Shown one piece after another: positions 13,138 through 26,558 of a stretch of DNA of 64,000 nucleotides. The first letter of the stretch is position 1, and each line of letters opens with the position of its first letter. The notes under the pieces are model-generated. The model saw nothing but the letters and a program-made list of their open reading frames with translations. It was not told the origin of the DNA and did not search any database. This DNA comes from Eledone cirrhosa. Taxonomy: Eukaryota. The stretch is taken from the NCBI GenBank assembly GCA_964016885.1, contig OZ024744.1:39804001-39868000 (forward strand), written 5' to 3'. Made by a program: the position numbers and the translations under genes.

Positions 13138-13902
13138 GGGAAAAAGATAGTCTGCCTCAAATCGATCCAATAGAAGGACCAGTGGTGTAAGTTAAAGGTA
13201 GTATAATAAGTAAGGCAATCAAAGATATGAAGACAGGCAAGGCAGCTGGGCCTTCGGAGATAGTTGCTGAGATGTTGAAAGCATCTGGAATGGTGGGACA
13301 TACTATGGTCACCCGGATAGTAAACCAAGTCATATAGAATGGGGTCATACCAAATGACTGGCATAGCAACATCATCATTAACTGCTACAAGAGTAAAGGA
13401 GATGTCCTAGATAGGGGAAACTATAGAGGCATTAAATTAATTGACCCGGTCATGAAGGTCACAGAAAAAGTTATAGCGCAACTAATCAGAGAGTGAATTG
13501 ATCTAGATGAAATGCAGTTAACCAAATATATACCCCAATCCACTACCTCTACTCCACTCTCCCACTCCCACCAACACCACCCTCTCTCTGTAAAGTTGGT
13601 ACCACAACATCCAGTCCAAATAAATGAGATAATGAGATTGAGATCGTGTAGGTGTCACGACAAAAACACACACAGTCCACGCTGTAATGTGGCCGTGTAG
13701 GTAACACGGTAAAAAGTTCCCAGTTACACACTGTAAATGTGGTTGGTGTTAAGAAGGGCATCCAGCCGTAGAAAACCTGCCAGATAGTCCTATATGAGCG
13801 AGTCACGGTCACCCGACCAACCTTGTCTCAAATTGTGACAACTCCCGTGTAACCCATGCTTGCGTGGAAGATGGACGTTAAATGATGATGATGATGATGA
13901 TA
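13138..13902 (+). mobile_element. RTE internal RT fragment joined to an RTE 3' UTR fragment
   Basis: 13138-13517 encodes DMKTGKAAGPS...GNYRGIKL. 13518-13902 is 3' UTR plus (GAT)n tail. Confidence 0.85.
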
Positions 13903-14274
13903 TATGTAAACATATATATAGTAAGAATATTTTCGAAACGGCGAGCGAGTTTGAAATTAGAAATATAAGCTATCGCCGTATTTTGACAAAAGAAATTAAA
14001 GAAATTATTTAGCCTGATAGTGGGGTTAAGAACCCTCGGAGAAATGGAAAAAGATGAGTATTGAGGTACATACTCGTCTCTTTCCATTTGTCCGAGGGTT
14101 CTTAACTCCACTATCAGGCTAAATAATTTCTTTAATTTCTTTTGTCAAAATACGGCGATAGCTTATATTTCTAATTTTATATATATATATCATCATCATC
14201 ATCATCGTTTAACGTCCATGTTCCACGCTTGCATGGGTTTGGAATATATATATAGTAATTTGGAATATATATAT

Positions 14275-14592
14275 AGTAATAATAATAATGAAATTATTGG
14301 GTACAGTGCTCAGGTGCACTGCAACTCATCAAAGGTGCATGTATAGTACATAGAATAATATACAAATGTCATGAAAATGAACAGTGTATGAGTTATGATA
14401 TACATGTGTGCGTATGTATGGAGGGGAAATATCAGGTGTAGTGTTGGCGAATTTCAGGAAGCATGGAGGTTTTAAAGGATGCAGTGTCTTGACAGCTAAC
14501 AACTGGTGCAGGGAGTTTGTTCCATGCTTCAGCAACTCTGAGTGTGAAAAATTGTTTATGAAAGTCATGGGAGCTGTGCTGTTTTCTGACTT
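14275..14592 (-). mobile_element. CR1-like LINE 3' fragment
   Basis: Encodes FFTLRVAEAWNKLP...FK (FFxxRVxxxWNxLP motif), followed by an (ATT)n tail. Confidence 0.75.
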
Positions 14593-14623
<31 letters not shown>

Positions 14624-14748
14624 ACATGCACATGCACACATATATTTAGAGAGATAGATGTTTGGATGTATATATATGTATGGTTACTAACAATAACAGC
14701 ATTGATCAACCAATGAATATATAACCTATAATACATTCAATTATTTAA

Positions 14749-14985
14749 TGGCGGTGGATTGGAAGTATCAGTAGAGCATTGGACAACATGCTTTGTGGCA
14801 TATAGTTACTACCCTTTACGTTCCGAGTCCAAATTCTGTCGAGGTTAGCTTTGCTTTCACCCTTACGGGGTCAATAAAATAAAGTACCAGTAATGCACTG
14901 GGGTCAATTTAAGCAAATTTCCCATCTCCCCTTCTCCCCTTAAATTTGTTTGACTTTTACCTAAATCAGAAACCATTATTCTGTT
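14749..14985 (+). mobile_element. Second SINE family (core GACTTTGCCTTTCATCCTTACGGGGTCGATAAAATAAAGTACCAG)
   Basis: tRNA-like head plus conserved core. Further copies near 1-80(-), 16000-16180(-), 20840-20990(-), 30007-30115(+), 43700-43870(-), 54285-54405(+) and 62720-62885(-). Confidence 0.75.
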
Positions 14986-15018
14986 ATTGTTTTATTGTTT
15001 TGTTCTTTTATTGATCAG

Positions 15019-15294
15019 AATGCAAAACAGAAAATCAAGCAAGTTGAAGTTGAACGAAGCAAAATGGAGCTGAAATTGAAATTCAATGAGAAACCTATTG
15101 GCCTAGCTCGTTTAGTGCAGCCAAAATGTCCAACATTCATCACACACCGGGGTTATGGGGCATTCCCACATTATGATTCACAGAAGAACCATAAAAATAA
15201 ATGCCTTGATAACAGTGCCGAAACTCAAGAAAACCAAGAAAATCAAGAAGATTTGACTGACGACGACCATAACGGTGATGGAAGCAGCAACTAA
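15019..15294 (+). CDS. Probable terminal coding exon of an unidentified plus-strand gene
   Basis: Polypyrimidine tract and CAG at 15016-15018, then 91 open codons (NAKQKIKQVEVERSKMELKLKFNEKPIGLARLVQPKCPTFITHRGYGAFPHYDS..., acidic tail) ending in TAA. No resemblance to the repeats in the window. No upstream exon was identified. Confidence 0.6.
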   Translation, partial: NAKQKIKQVEVERSKMELKLKFNEKPIGLARLVQPKCPTFITHRGYGAFPHYDSQKNHKNKCLDNSAETQENQENQEDLTDDDHNGDGSSN

Positions 15295-18141
15295 GAAGAA
15301 AGGAAGAAAGACTAACAGACAAAGAGGGAGAGAGAATGAGAAGCACTGGATGTCTGATGGTGGTGGTGGTGGTGGTTGTCAACATTTCTTCTATATAGTA
15401 ACTCTGGTTTACATTTCTTGTAAATCTGTTGCCCACCACACATGCATACATACACACATACAGACACAGACACACACATGGACAGACACACACATGCACA
15501 GACACACATGCACAGACACACATGCACATGCACAGACACCGACACACATACACATGCACAAACACCGACACACATACACATGCACAAACACACACAGCAT
15601 ATATTCACACACATACACCCGCCCAACATGAAGGTGCATGACCTAATAGTTAAGGTGTTGGACTCAAAATCATAATGTTGTGTGTTTCATTTCTGGGTGA
15701 CATGTTGTTTTCTTGAGCAAGACACTTCCTTTCACATTGCTTTTCATTATAGTATTGGGACCACTGTCATTAAAACACACGAGAAGCCTCCTATGGGATA
15801 TAACCTGATAGTAGGCTAGCCAAACCTGCTTAAGTGTGAGCTGTAAATTTCACAAAAAAAAACAAATTATTTCACACATACATAGGAGATAACATGGAAG
15901 CCTCTACCAAAAAAACAAGAGAATTAAAATCGATGTTTCTCCAATGTATGTGTGTGTGCTTATCATGATAATGAAACTTTCCAACATAGACGCAAGGCTA
16001 CAGATTTAGAGGTGAGGGTTTACTGTATCAACCCCCAATACTTGACTGGTACTTTTATTTTATTAACCTTGGAAGGATGAAAGGCAAAGCTGACATCTGC
16101 AAGATTTAACTCAGCACATACAGAAACAGAAGTAAATACTGTGAGACTTTTTTTCAAATATCTAACAATTAGGCCACCCATGACCTTTGTTCTTTATTAA
16201 TGTTTGTGTTGATAGGTTATTAAAAACAAAAATTATAATCAAATTTTTTTTTTAATCCATGAAAGAAGAGAAGTAATAGGATATAATCCATCAACCTCAA
16301 AGAACAAAATTGTAATCAAGTACAGCAACAACAACAACAACACTGAAAGAACTTTTAGATGGTCGCTCAACCTGCTAGAAGTATCAGCCAAATTTCCCGA
16401 AAATTGCACCCTATCATGATGATGATGATGATCCTCATCATTTAATTTCTGTTTTTCTTGCAATCATGTCTTAAATAAATGAAAAGAACATGTTAGATAA
16501 TGCAATTCTAACCTGTTGTTTAGTTGAGTTTCTATTTGGTTACATCACATAGATTTCTTTCCTGGTTTAATTTGTTTGATGCCAAACTTCCTCAACTAGC
16601 TCTTGGTTCTCTGATACAAAGCTGCTTGTTTTAGAGTATTTATACATATATTAAAACCTTCCAGCGTAATTTTAATTCAGGACTTTTTGTTAACTTATGC
16701 TCCAAACATCAGTTTTCTAATGAAAATGTCAGTCATTTTACTAAATTTCTCCAATAAATTATGTTATTTTAAAAATTTAGCTCAAACATATTGGCAGTGT
16801 ATTTCATTAGAAATATAGTAATGAAGCAGTTAATGATAGGGGCCCTGTCCTATACATAGTATTCTAACTTACCCTCCCCACCAATAAAAAGATGCAATGG
16901 TCAGATCATGGCTGAGACCCTTTAGAGGAGAAAGGTTGATTTGAAGCTACATAGACTGTTAGAATTTGCATCTAAATCTCCCTGGGAAGATAAATGCAAA
17001 GGAGGTGTAGGGAAGGTGTTGCATACTAGATATATGCCTCAGCTCCTGCATATGGGAGGGTGGGTCTTCTGTAATACTGCATAGTACCAGAGATCACTGT
17101 CCTGTGTTCACCTTAGCGAGGTGTAATTGTGCAAAGTCAGCTTTTATTACCTCATCCCAAAATATTTATAACAATGCAAACAACAACAAACATTTTAAGA
17201 CAATTGTATGTCCCATGACAGATTACATATTGACTATGGGGTCCTTTTTAAAGCAATGCTTTACAGCCAAATATCCTTCATGTCTTCAGACCTATTAGTT
17301 ACGGCATGCAAAGATATGGTGTACCTATTTTAAATATCAATATCAATATAACGAATGGTGTGCTCATATGCGGAGATGCTATAGGGTGAATACCCTTAAT
17401 CCTTTAGAATTTACACCGGCCTTATCCAGCCAGAATTCTCTCACCTCTTTCTATTCAAACTAGCTGTAATTGGCCACTCATACTTATGTTAAGGTATTGT
17501 TCTCAAAATAAATATTATCAAAATTTCATACAATCAATATTATGTGAGATAATTATGTGAAGTAAAGCCTTTACCATGAAAATATAATAGTATATATAGA
17601 GTAATGTAAATGGTAAAGGGTTATATATGGAAAAAGAAGTTGCCATCGACTGCTATGAGGAATCAAGCCCCATCTAATGTATGATGGTAAGAGTGGTCAT
17701 GGTCCCTTTGCTTAATAGCCTAAAGCAGCTGGTATCTGGGAGATATAGGGTTCAGTTCCTCATAGCAGCCGGTGGCAACTTCTTTTTCCATCTTTAAGGG
17801 TCTTCACTCTATTTTATAAGCTATTTCATAACGTCTATGCATAAGCACATCATTCTTAGTACTGTATTTTATCCTTTCAGTGCTTCATAAAAATCCAAGA
17901 GATCAGCTATGCATACACAATCAATATCAATATTTATACTAATGTCAATAACATTTTTTTTTAAGTAAAAGTAAATAAAGTCATAACAACAACAAAAATC
18001 CTACACAAAACAAATCTACTCTATATATGGTATGGAAAAATGGAAATTGTATTAAAATTACTTCGTGAAAAAAACAAACGAAATGTCTCTATGGTGATGA
18101 AACAACAGGATATTTTCTTGATATAATAATGTAACTATATG

Positions 18142-18180
<39 letters not shown>

Positions 18181-19025
18181 AATACTGACTATTAACTCCA
18201 TTTCATATTACCACCACCACCATGAGCATCATATATGCCACTACTACCAATGTTTACATACTATATATATATATATATACACACACACATACATGCGCAC
18301 TCATTATATTATTATATAATAGCTTGAATTTAAAGAAAAAGAAACAGAGAGCTATGCTTAGGGTGGGGCAACTTCCTGAGAGAAGTAAAATGTTTTAATC
18401 TCTTGAGGCAATAGTTTATACTACTTCAGCTTGCAGTAGAGACGGTAGCAAGGAGGTGGCAGAGAGTGGGTGATGGTGAGAGAAGATTGTTTATTTATGT
18501 ATTTATTTAACCACTCTCTCCATTTCATCCAATCCCCATTCAAGATTATTTGGTATTTCCTTGGGTGTATGTCCTTTACTATAGAGCTTCAGGTTCACTA
18601 GTCTGGTGTGTGGAATTTGGTAGATGGAAGCTGATTGTGTGTGTATATATATATTTTGGTAGTCTGTGGTACTGGGACCAGGAAGAGTAAGAATCAGAGT
18701 AGTACTTGATACATGGAATGATGTAAAGTGGGTATATTAGTGAAGTAGAGCATCGACCATGAGTTCAGGTGGTTTCAGGTAGTGGTTGATCCTCTACTTC
18801 ATTAATATATATATAATATAGAAATGGCTTCTACAGGACTAGAACTGTTTCATTCAGGAGAAATCATCAGGATTCCTGATGAAATCATCCTGATGATTTC
18901 TCCCGAATGAAACAGTTCTAGTCCTATAGAAGCCATTTCTATATTAAATATTTATACTCTGCTATGTATTGAGTACCTTACTTACTGTGGTTACCCCCGA
19001 TTGAACCCGGGCTAAACATATATAT

Positions 19026-19334
19026 CATCATCATCATCATCATCATTTTACGTCCGATTTTCCCTGTTTGCAAGGGTGGGACGGGAACTGATTCTGGCTT
19101 AATTTCTACAGCTGGATGCCCTTCCTAACACCAACCTCATTTACAGTGAGTGCTGGGTACTTTTTGCAGTGGAATGATAGGGACCCCAGTCCCTATCGTC
19201 TCATTTCTACAGCTGAGTAAACTGGAGCAATGTGAAATAAAGTGACTTGCTCAAGGAAACAACACATCACCCGGTCTGAGAATTGAACTCACAACCTTTC
19301 GATTGCAAGGCCAATGCTCTAACCACTAAGCCAT
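19026..19334 (-). mobile_element. tRNA-derived SINE, same family as 31627-32020
   Basis: Same head, core and tail, with an internal deletion. Confidence 0.88.
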
Positions 19335-19345
19335 GATATATATAT

Positions 19346-19605
19346 CATCATCATCATTACCATTTAACGTTAATTTTTCCATGCTAGCATGGGTTAGACG
19401 AGTTGTCCCATTGTGAGATAAGCCAGGTCAGATGACCACGTCTTGCTCATACAGAACTGCTTTTAGCTTGGTTTCTACAGCTGGATGTCCTTCCTAACAC
19501 CAACCACATTTACAATGTGTACTGGGTGCTTTTTGTCATGACACCTACATAACCACTTTACAGTGTGGGCTGGGAGCTTTTTGGTGTAACACCTTTACAA
19601 CCATG
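19346..19605 (-). mobile_element. RTE-type 3' UTR fragment
   Basis: GCTAGCATGGGTTAGACG...CTGGATGTCCTTCCTAACACCAACC with a (CAT)n tail. Confidence 0.8.
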
Positions 19606-19634
19606 TGATTTCCAGTTCAGTCTCATTGTATAGC

Positions 19635-19679
<45 letters not shown>

Positions 19680-21244
19680 TCCATAACTTAGTAGTTTGAC
19701 AAAAAAAGAAGATAAGTATATACCAGATTTGAAAAAAAAATTACTTAGGTAGATATCATAGACTAAACTCCTTCACGGTTGTACTCCAGCATAGCCACAG
19801 TCTAATGACTAAATAACTGAAACCAATTAAAGAATAAATGAATACACACACAATATACTCTGTTGAAGGAGGTAAGTTTAAAATGAGTCAATCACATCTC
19901 AAGGTTGTCAGAATATGAATACCAAATTAATTTATAAACTAGTAGGGTTTCATATCACATATCTAACATAGGGATTTGAAAAACTGTTATTAACTGAAAT
20001 TTTATCCTTGCAGTTTGTAGAGAAAAACTCTCTCGAGTATGCTTAAAATGAACAAGGTTGATAACTTTAATTAGCTGATTGAAATTTTGGGGAAATGTTT
20101 AATGTAGATAGGAATGGAGCTGTTATTTAGTACTAACTGAGGAAAGTGGAAGCCAAGTTTCGGACTTATTAAGATTTCTTCAGCAGAACATATTCTGCTC
20201 AGTTGGCAAGACTCATATATATGTATGGAATGTATTGACACTGATTATGAATATCAACAATATGGCTGAGAGAAAATATCTCAGGCTCATGACCAGTCTA
20301 GTATATACGGCAATGTTTTACATACGTAACATAGAGGGTTGAAAAATTTCATTTAACTGAGATTATCAATGCAATTCATAGAAAAAGCTGTCTCTAGAGC
20401 TGTGGTTTCAAACTAGGGATCTGGGGACCCTTCTAGCATGTACTGGGGTGGAGGGTACATTGGTGAACCAGGCTTAAAATTTCAATTACTTTATTAAAAA
20501 CATAATATACACACACTGTTGAGTATCCATTTTTCTCTGAATTTAAACATTTCTATCTTTTCATTGCTTATTCTTGCTTTATAACAGTCTGTGAGGGAAG
20601 TAATTTTAGCTGCAGGGATTTATGGGAAAATTCATTCAAATAAAAGCGGTCCTTGGTAGTGAAAATGCTGGAAACCATTGCACTGGATGGATGGTCCTGC
20701 AACTCCTGAGGGAGTCATAGGGGCGCTGTATTGACATACAGTGTTTCTAGGGCATTATTTTAAACCTGACAGAATCCATCTCCTCCCCAGGTCTGAATAC
20801 AGCAGATTTCTTCAAGAAGTATAGAGAGTGAGAAAGTGATATAGAGGAAAAATCAACCCCGATACTTGACTGGTTCTATTTTTATCGGCCTTTAATGAAT
20901 TAAAGTTGACCTCAGTGAGATTTGAACTCAGCAGAGAGCTGAAATGAATACCACAAAGCATTCTAACGACTCTGTCAATTCGCCGCTTAACCACTGCGCT
21001 AATGGTATTTAATATCTAAGAATAGCAAGCAAAATTTCAGTCAAAAAAAGGTTTATTTGATCACGATTTTACATATATGATATTGCAGATTGCTATGCTG
21101 AACTATTTTTCATCAACTATCATCATCATCATTTAACATGTCTTTTCCTTACTTACTTCAGTTGGAATGAGACTCTTTGACACAGTTTCTTTTACAGTTA
21201 GATGTCCTTCCTAAAGCCAACTCCATACAAGTATGGTAAATATC

Positions 21245-21681
21245 TGTAACAAAGGGTATTAGTAGTATGTTTGTTAGATGAAATAACAAGAATAGCTGAT
21301 TTACTTTATATATGAAAAGGTTTACTTCACTTCAGTCAAAAAGAACAATAAACAAGTTACCACGAGTTGCGAAGGTTGACGATGTTATTTTGTTGTTGGT
21401 TCATGAGGCTGGTGTAGTCTGAGACCAGGAGAAGGAGAGAGAGTAATGGTCTGTGGTTGACTGTAGATAGCAGTGAATCTTTCACATATTTGCTAGCGTA
21501 ATGCTCCGATCTCTCTGTGTGTAAACGTGGGATGATACAGGCTTTATATACCTGTCGCTTTCTGTCTCCTACCTTGAGGGATCGCCCACACATGAGCCTG
21601 TCCACGCCGGAAAGGATGGTGACCTAGAATTTGACTTTTAGGTGTCACCCAGGGTTCAAGGCATGGACAGATTTTGCTACA
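21245..21681 (-). mobile_element. Solo LTR-like element
   Basis: Termini TGTAACAAA...TTTTGCTACA, 4-bp TSD TATC on both sides, and a TATATAAA box on the minus strand. Homologous to 374-1133 and 56946-58583. Confidence 0.8.
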
Positions 21682-22588
21682 TATCTATCACTATCTAGGG
21701 TGAGTAAAAATTCTCGAGATCCATGGATGAGTTCTCTCCAGCGATCTCAGTCTCCCTCTTCTAGTGTAGAGGCTCCCACAGGAGCACTGACTGCAGTGTC
21801 AACTCTGAATGTCAGTGAGCATGTCCAGCTAACGTCAGACTTCTCTGTGTTACTTTCGAGCTGACTTTTGCTACATATATATATATATACACACCACTGA
21901 AGTTAGTCAAACTTCTTAGCTGCAGGATATCTTTATGGGAGACATAAAGAATGTCACAATTGGTGTTTATAAACAATATTGGTATGTTTGTGATGACTGA
22001 TATACACACACATATACATATATGTGATAGAATTCCTTACTCTTTCTATCTACCAAATTCAGGCATTGGTAGACCCAAGGTTATAGTAAGAAGACACTTG
22101 TTCAAAATACCACACAGTGGGACTGAACCCATAACTTCTTAATCTCACAGCCATACATGTGTCCTCCTCTTCTTTGCCCACTTATTTCCGGATGGGTCCT
22201 ACAGAAGAGTCCTCAGACACTCCTTCCAACAGATCCTTTCAAGACCAACTGTCTCCAAGTGAGTCCAGCTGAACTCATGGATGTTGTCTAACCATCTTAC
22301 TTGTGGTCTACTCCTGGTTATTTCGCCCATAAGATTTGTCTTGTGATTCTTTCTTGAAATATTCTAACCACATGCCTGTAATATCAGAGCTGTGATCTCT
22401 CTGAAATTTATGAAGTGATTTGTCTAGTATTAGCCATTTCATTACCATATTTTAAATGAAACACACTGTTTTATAATTAATTAATGAAGAATTTGGGATT
22501 TGAAGGTATTTAAAATTAATATGATTGTTGTAGCATAACTTAAGAAAATGTTTTTATATAAAATTATGTTGGAAGGTTTTAATTTAAA

Positions 22589-23315
22589 CTAGCAGTGTAT
22601 CCCGGCGTTGCACGGGTAAGAACATTGGTAATAGCACCTCCAATGATAAACGTTTATTTGTGAGTACTTGTTACAAGCTCACGAAAATATACCGACAGGA
22701 AACTTGTTTTATTTGGAGAAAATTAAGAAGTTGAAAGTACAGTTTAGCTGTCTACGTCCATTGTTCATAGAAATATTGTTGAGCCCCTTCTTTTCATACT
22801 CCTCTGTTTTGGCCTATTTGAGTAAATGTGAAAGAGAAAGTCACAGGTTAAGTTGGCAGAAGGTTCCAGTGCAATAGCAGTAAGGCGTAGGTTACTTACC
22901 TCAAAAGTTAATTCGCACTCTTTCTAAGTTACTCTTTCTCTCTATCCCTCTCGGTGCAGTCCCTTGCGAATTTCTCACATAGGCCTGGTGTAGATTTGCA
23001 CCCGATCCATCTACCCGATGCACATGTCCGCTTTGTACGGCTTTTGGAGGAAGGAGTGACCAGCAGTACGTTGTTCGGTATTATTACGAAAAGGTGTAGC
23101 AGAGAATCCAGCGTGAACTAACAGCTCGAGAGGAAACTGCTTACCCCGAAGATTCATTCGCCATCGTTCTTGTCAATGCTCCGTTTAGTTGGTATTTGTT
23201 GGTCTACAGTTAGATGAATGGTGCACAAAGGGTTAATGTTTATTGGCAAGAAGTTTTTTGAATAATAAAAGACGGGTTAAAGAGACCTACAATGTATCTG
23301 TGTTTATATATATAC
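22589..23315 (-). mobile_element. Non-autonomous Helitron-like element
   Basis: Minus-strand 3' end CCCGTGCAACGCCGGG hairpin, 8 nt, then CTAG|T, the canonical Helitron terminus. The 5' end is lost in the TA repeat, so that boundary is approximate. Confidence 0.7.
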
Positions 23316-23325
23316 ACACAGATAC

Positions 23326-23357
<32 letters not shown>

Positions 23358-23564
23358 ATGTATGTATATATATATGTGTGGGTGTGTATATATATATCCA
23401 TATATTTTTATGTGTATATTTATATATATGTATATGTGTATATATATCATCATCATCATTTTACGTCCGCTCTATATATATGTATATGTGTTTGTATATA
23501 TATATATATGTATATATATGTATATCTTGAACTCATCTATATGTATATATATGCATATCTTGTA

Positions 23565-26558
23565 CTCATCTTGAAGTTATTGAAGAGATAAGACACACTC
23601 TACTCTGAAAGGCTAAACTGAATCACTAGAGTTGGTTTAGCTACGTTCCAGTCATCCATCCATACAAATCTTGTCAGGTATTTCAGCTACCACAACACAT
23701 TTATTTTGTTATCCTCATTTTCCCCTACCATGCTGAATCTGTCTCTGTCTATTTTTCCATCAAAGGCTAAAGGCCATGACTGGCTATTATTAATATTGTT
23801 GTTGCTGTATTCTATCGGCTACTTTGCCATGTTGTATTCTATTGGTTAGTTTGTTAGCCTTGACGGCGACCTTCTCTCTACCTCACAATTTCCCTCCTAC
23901 CCACCCCTCACACCACCATAGCCTATTCGACCAATCAAACCTCAGCATGCCATTTCTTCTACTTCTACTACTACTACTACTACTACATAACTCTCTCCTA
24001 CCCCGTCCCAGCCCAACACACCCTGCCATTATTACCACCACCACTGTTCTTCTAGCCCTGAATTTTCCTACCGTTATGTATGGATGAGCTGAGAATAAAT
24101 GGAGCAACCCTGAATTAATAGATGAAATGAATATGAATCCGCGAGCTACCAAGCACCCATGTGAAGCCCCAATCCAGAGAGAGGAAGCACACACACACCC
24201 CTGCAAAAATCGACCCTTCCTTACGAGTGTCGACAAATGCCCAAAACTCCAAGTTGGTACCATCAATGTAAGCACAATGAAAGGAAGAGCAGGAGAAATC
24301 GTAGAAATGCTAGAGCGAAAGGAAATTGATGTATGCTGTGTGCAAGAGACTAGATGGAGAGGAGAGTCTGCTAGAGTCATGTAGGAAAAAGTCGGTGCTA
24401 CAAATTTTTCTGGGTGGGAAATGACGATGAGAAGGGTGGTGTAGGTATACTACTAGCTGACAAGTGGGTAGATAAAGTAATCTCAGTGTACAGGGTAAAT
24501 GCAAGAATCATTAAACTCAGACTAGTCCTGAATAAAACAATTACCCCTATAATATCAGCTTACACACCCCAATCGGGGTTGCCAGACGAACTTAAGGATA
24601 GATTTTACGAGTCCCTAATGCACACAACTGCTCTAACAAACGACAATGACTTCCTAATCATTGCAGGAGATTTTAACGGACACGTAGGTAAACACTGTGA
24701 CAGCTTCAATAGAGTTCATGGAGGCCATGGGGTTGGCACAAGAAATGAAGAAGGATTCAGACTTCTAGAATTCTGCGACGACAATGACATGTCGATATGT
24801 AACACAAACTTCAAAAAACCCGACAACCACCTGATCACCTATAGATGAGGGGAGCATTCTAGTCAGATAGATTTTATCCTCATCAGAGGACGTGACAGAT
24901 GGACGGTCGTAAACACAAAAGCCTTCCCTAGTGAGGAATGTACCTCCCAACATAGCTTAGTTGTCAGCGACCGCACAGACAGAACTAGACAAACCTGGAA
25001 CAGAGGCCAACCTGGAGAAGAAAGATCTGGAAGCTGAAAGACCCCTCAGCCAGTAACAGATTTAAAGATATTTTACTCAACGGCTACGTGAATGGCTTGT
25101 GTAAGCTGTACAAGCCATGTATAGGGGAGCAGTCAGCAAAGTTAGGATTAGCAATGAGTATAGCGAGGAATTTAGCATACACGTTGGTGTCCACCAGGGC
25201 TCTGTTCTTAGCCCTCTCCTGTTCATCATTGTCCTGCAGGCAATAAGGGAGGAGTTTAAGACCGGATGCCCATGGGAACTCCTGTATGCTGATGACCTCG
25301 CACTTATAGCTGAATCTATAGTAGAACTAGAGAAGAAATTCCAAACTTGGAAGCAGGGACTAGAAAGAAAGGGTCTCAAAGTCAATCTGACAAAGACTAA
25401 GGTCCTTGTAAGTAGACGAGAAAACAGAACCCAGATCCCCTCAGGGAAATGGCCTTGCTCAGTATGTAGGAAAGGTGTAGGTAGGAACTCCATTCTCTGC
25501 CCCAAATGCAAACAATGGGTACACGAGATGTAGCGGGATCTCAGGAAGCTTAATTAAGAATGTAGGCTTCACATGCAGCAGCTGTACTGGGACAGCAAGC
25601 AGCAAACAGCCACAGGAAACAAGTACCACCAATCTCTGGGAGGGCTCTGTAGAAACAGTAGACAGCTTCTGCTACCTAGGGGACCGAATTAGCAGCAGAG
25701 GTGGGTGTTAAGAAAGTACAATAACTTGGGTAAGAACGGGATGGAAGAAGTTCAGGGAGCTACTACCACTGCTAGCTGCAAAAGGCTTCTCCCTCAAAAT
25801 GAAAGGCAGACTGTATGATGCGTGTATCCAAACAGTAATGTTACATGGTAGTGAGAACTGGGCGCTGAAGGTGGAAGACTTACGTAGATTAGAGAGAAAC
25901 GAAGCCTGCATGCTCTGATGGATGTGTAATAGTAATACACGCGAACGACAAAGCATAAATGAATTGAGAGAGAGACTGAACATAAGAGGAATCGAATGCT
26001 GTGTGCAGGAGAGGCGGTTGCGTTGGTATGGACATGTGATGCATATGAAGGATGACAGCTGCATAAAAAGGTGCAGAGCACTAGAAGTCGATGGAAAGCG
26101 CGGATTGGGAAGACCCAAGATGACCTGGGATGAGGTGATAAAAGCCGACCTTACCCAATTACACCTCTCAAAGGCAATGACACACGACCGTGACCTCTGG
26201 CGTCACGCAGTAATACAGAGTACCCGACCTCCCATGGGTACAAGCTGAAGCATATAAACAATATGCCCCCCCCCCCCCCCCACTGCAAGGTGGTCGTGGA
26301 GGTGCCACGGCAAAAAAGCACCCAGCCCACACTGTAAAGTGGACGTGTAGGCGCCACGAAAAAGCACCCAGCACTCACTGTAAATGAGGTTGGTGTTAGG
26401 AAGGGCATCCAGCTGTAGAAATCAAACCAAATCAGTTCCTGTATGAGCAAGGCATGGTCAGCCGACCAGACACTGCCCACAACAGGACAACCTGTCTAAC
26501 CTATGCTAGCGTGGAAGAACGGACGTAAAACGGTGATGATGATGATGATGATGATGAT
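23565..26558 (+). mobile_element. RTE LINE, same subfamily as 38344-42365, with a ~1 kb internal deletion near 25082
   Basis: Collinear with the 38-42 kb copy, including the 5' non-coding part. APE and YADD motifs, (GAT)n tail. Confidence 0.95.
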
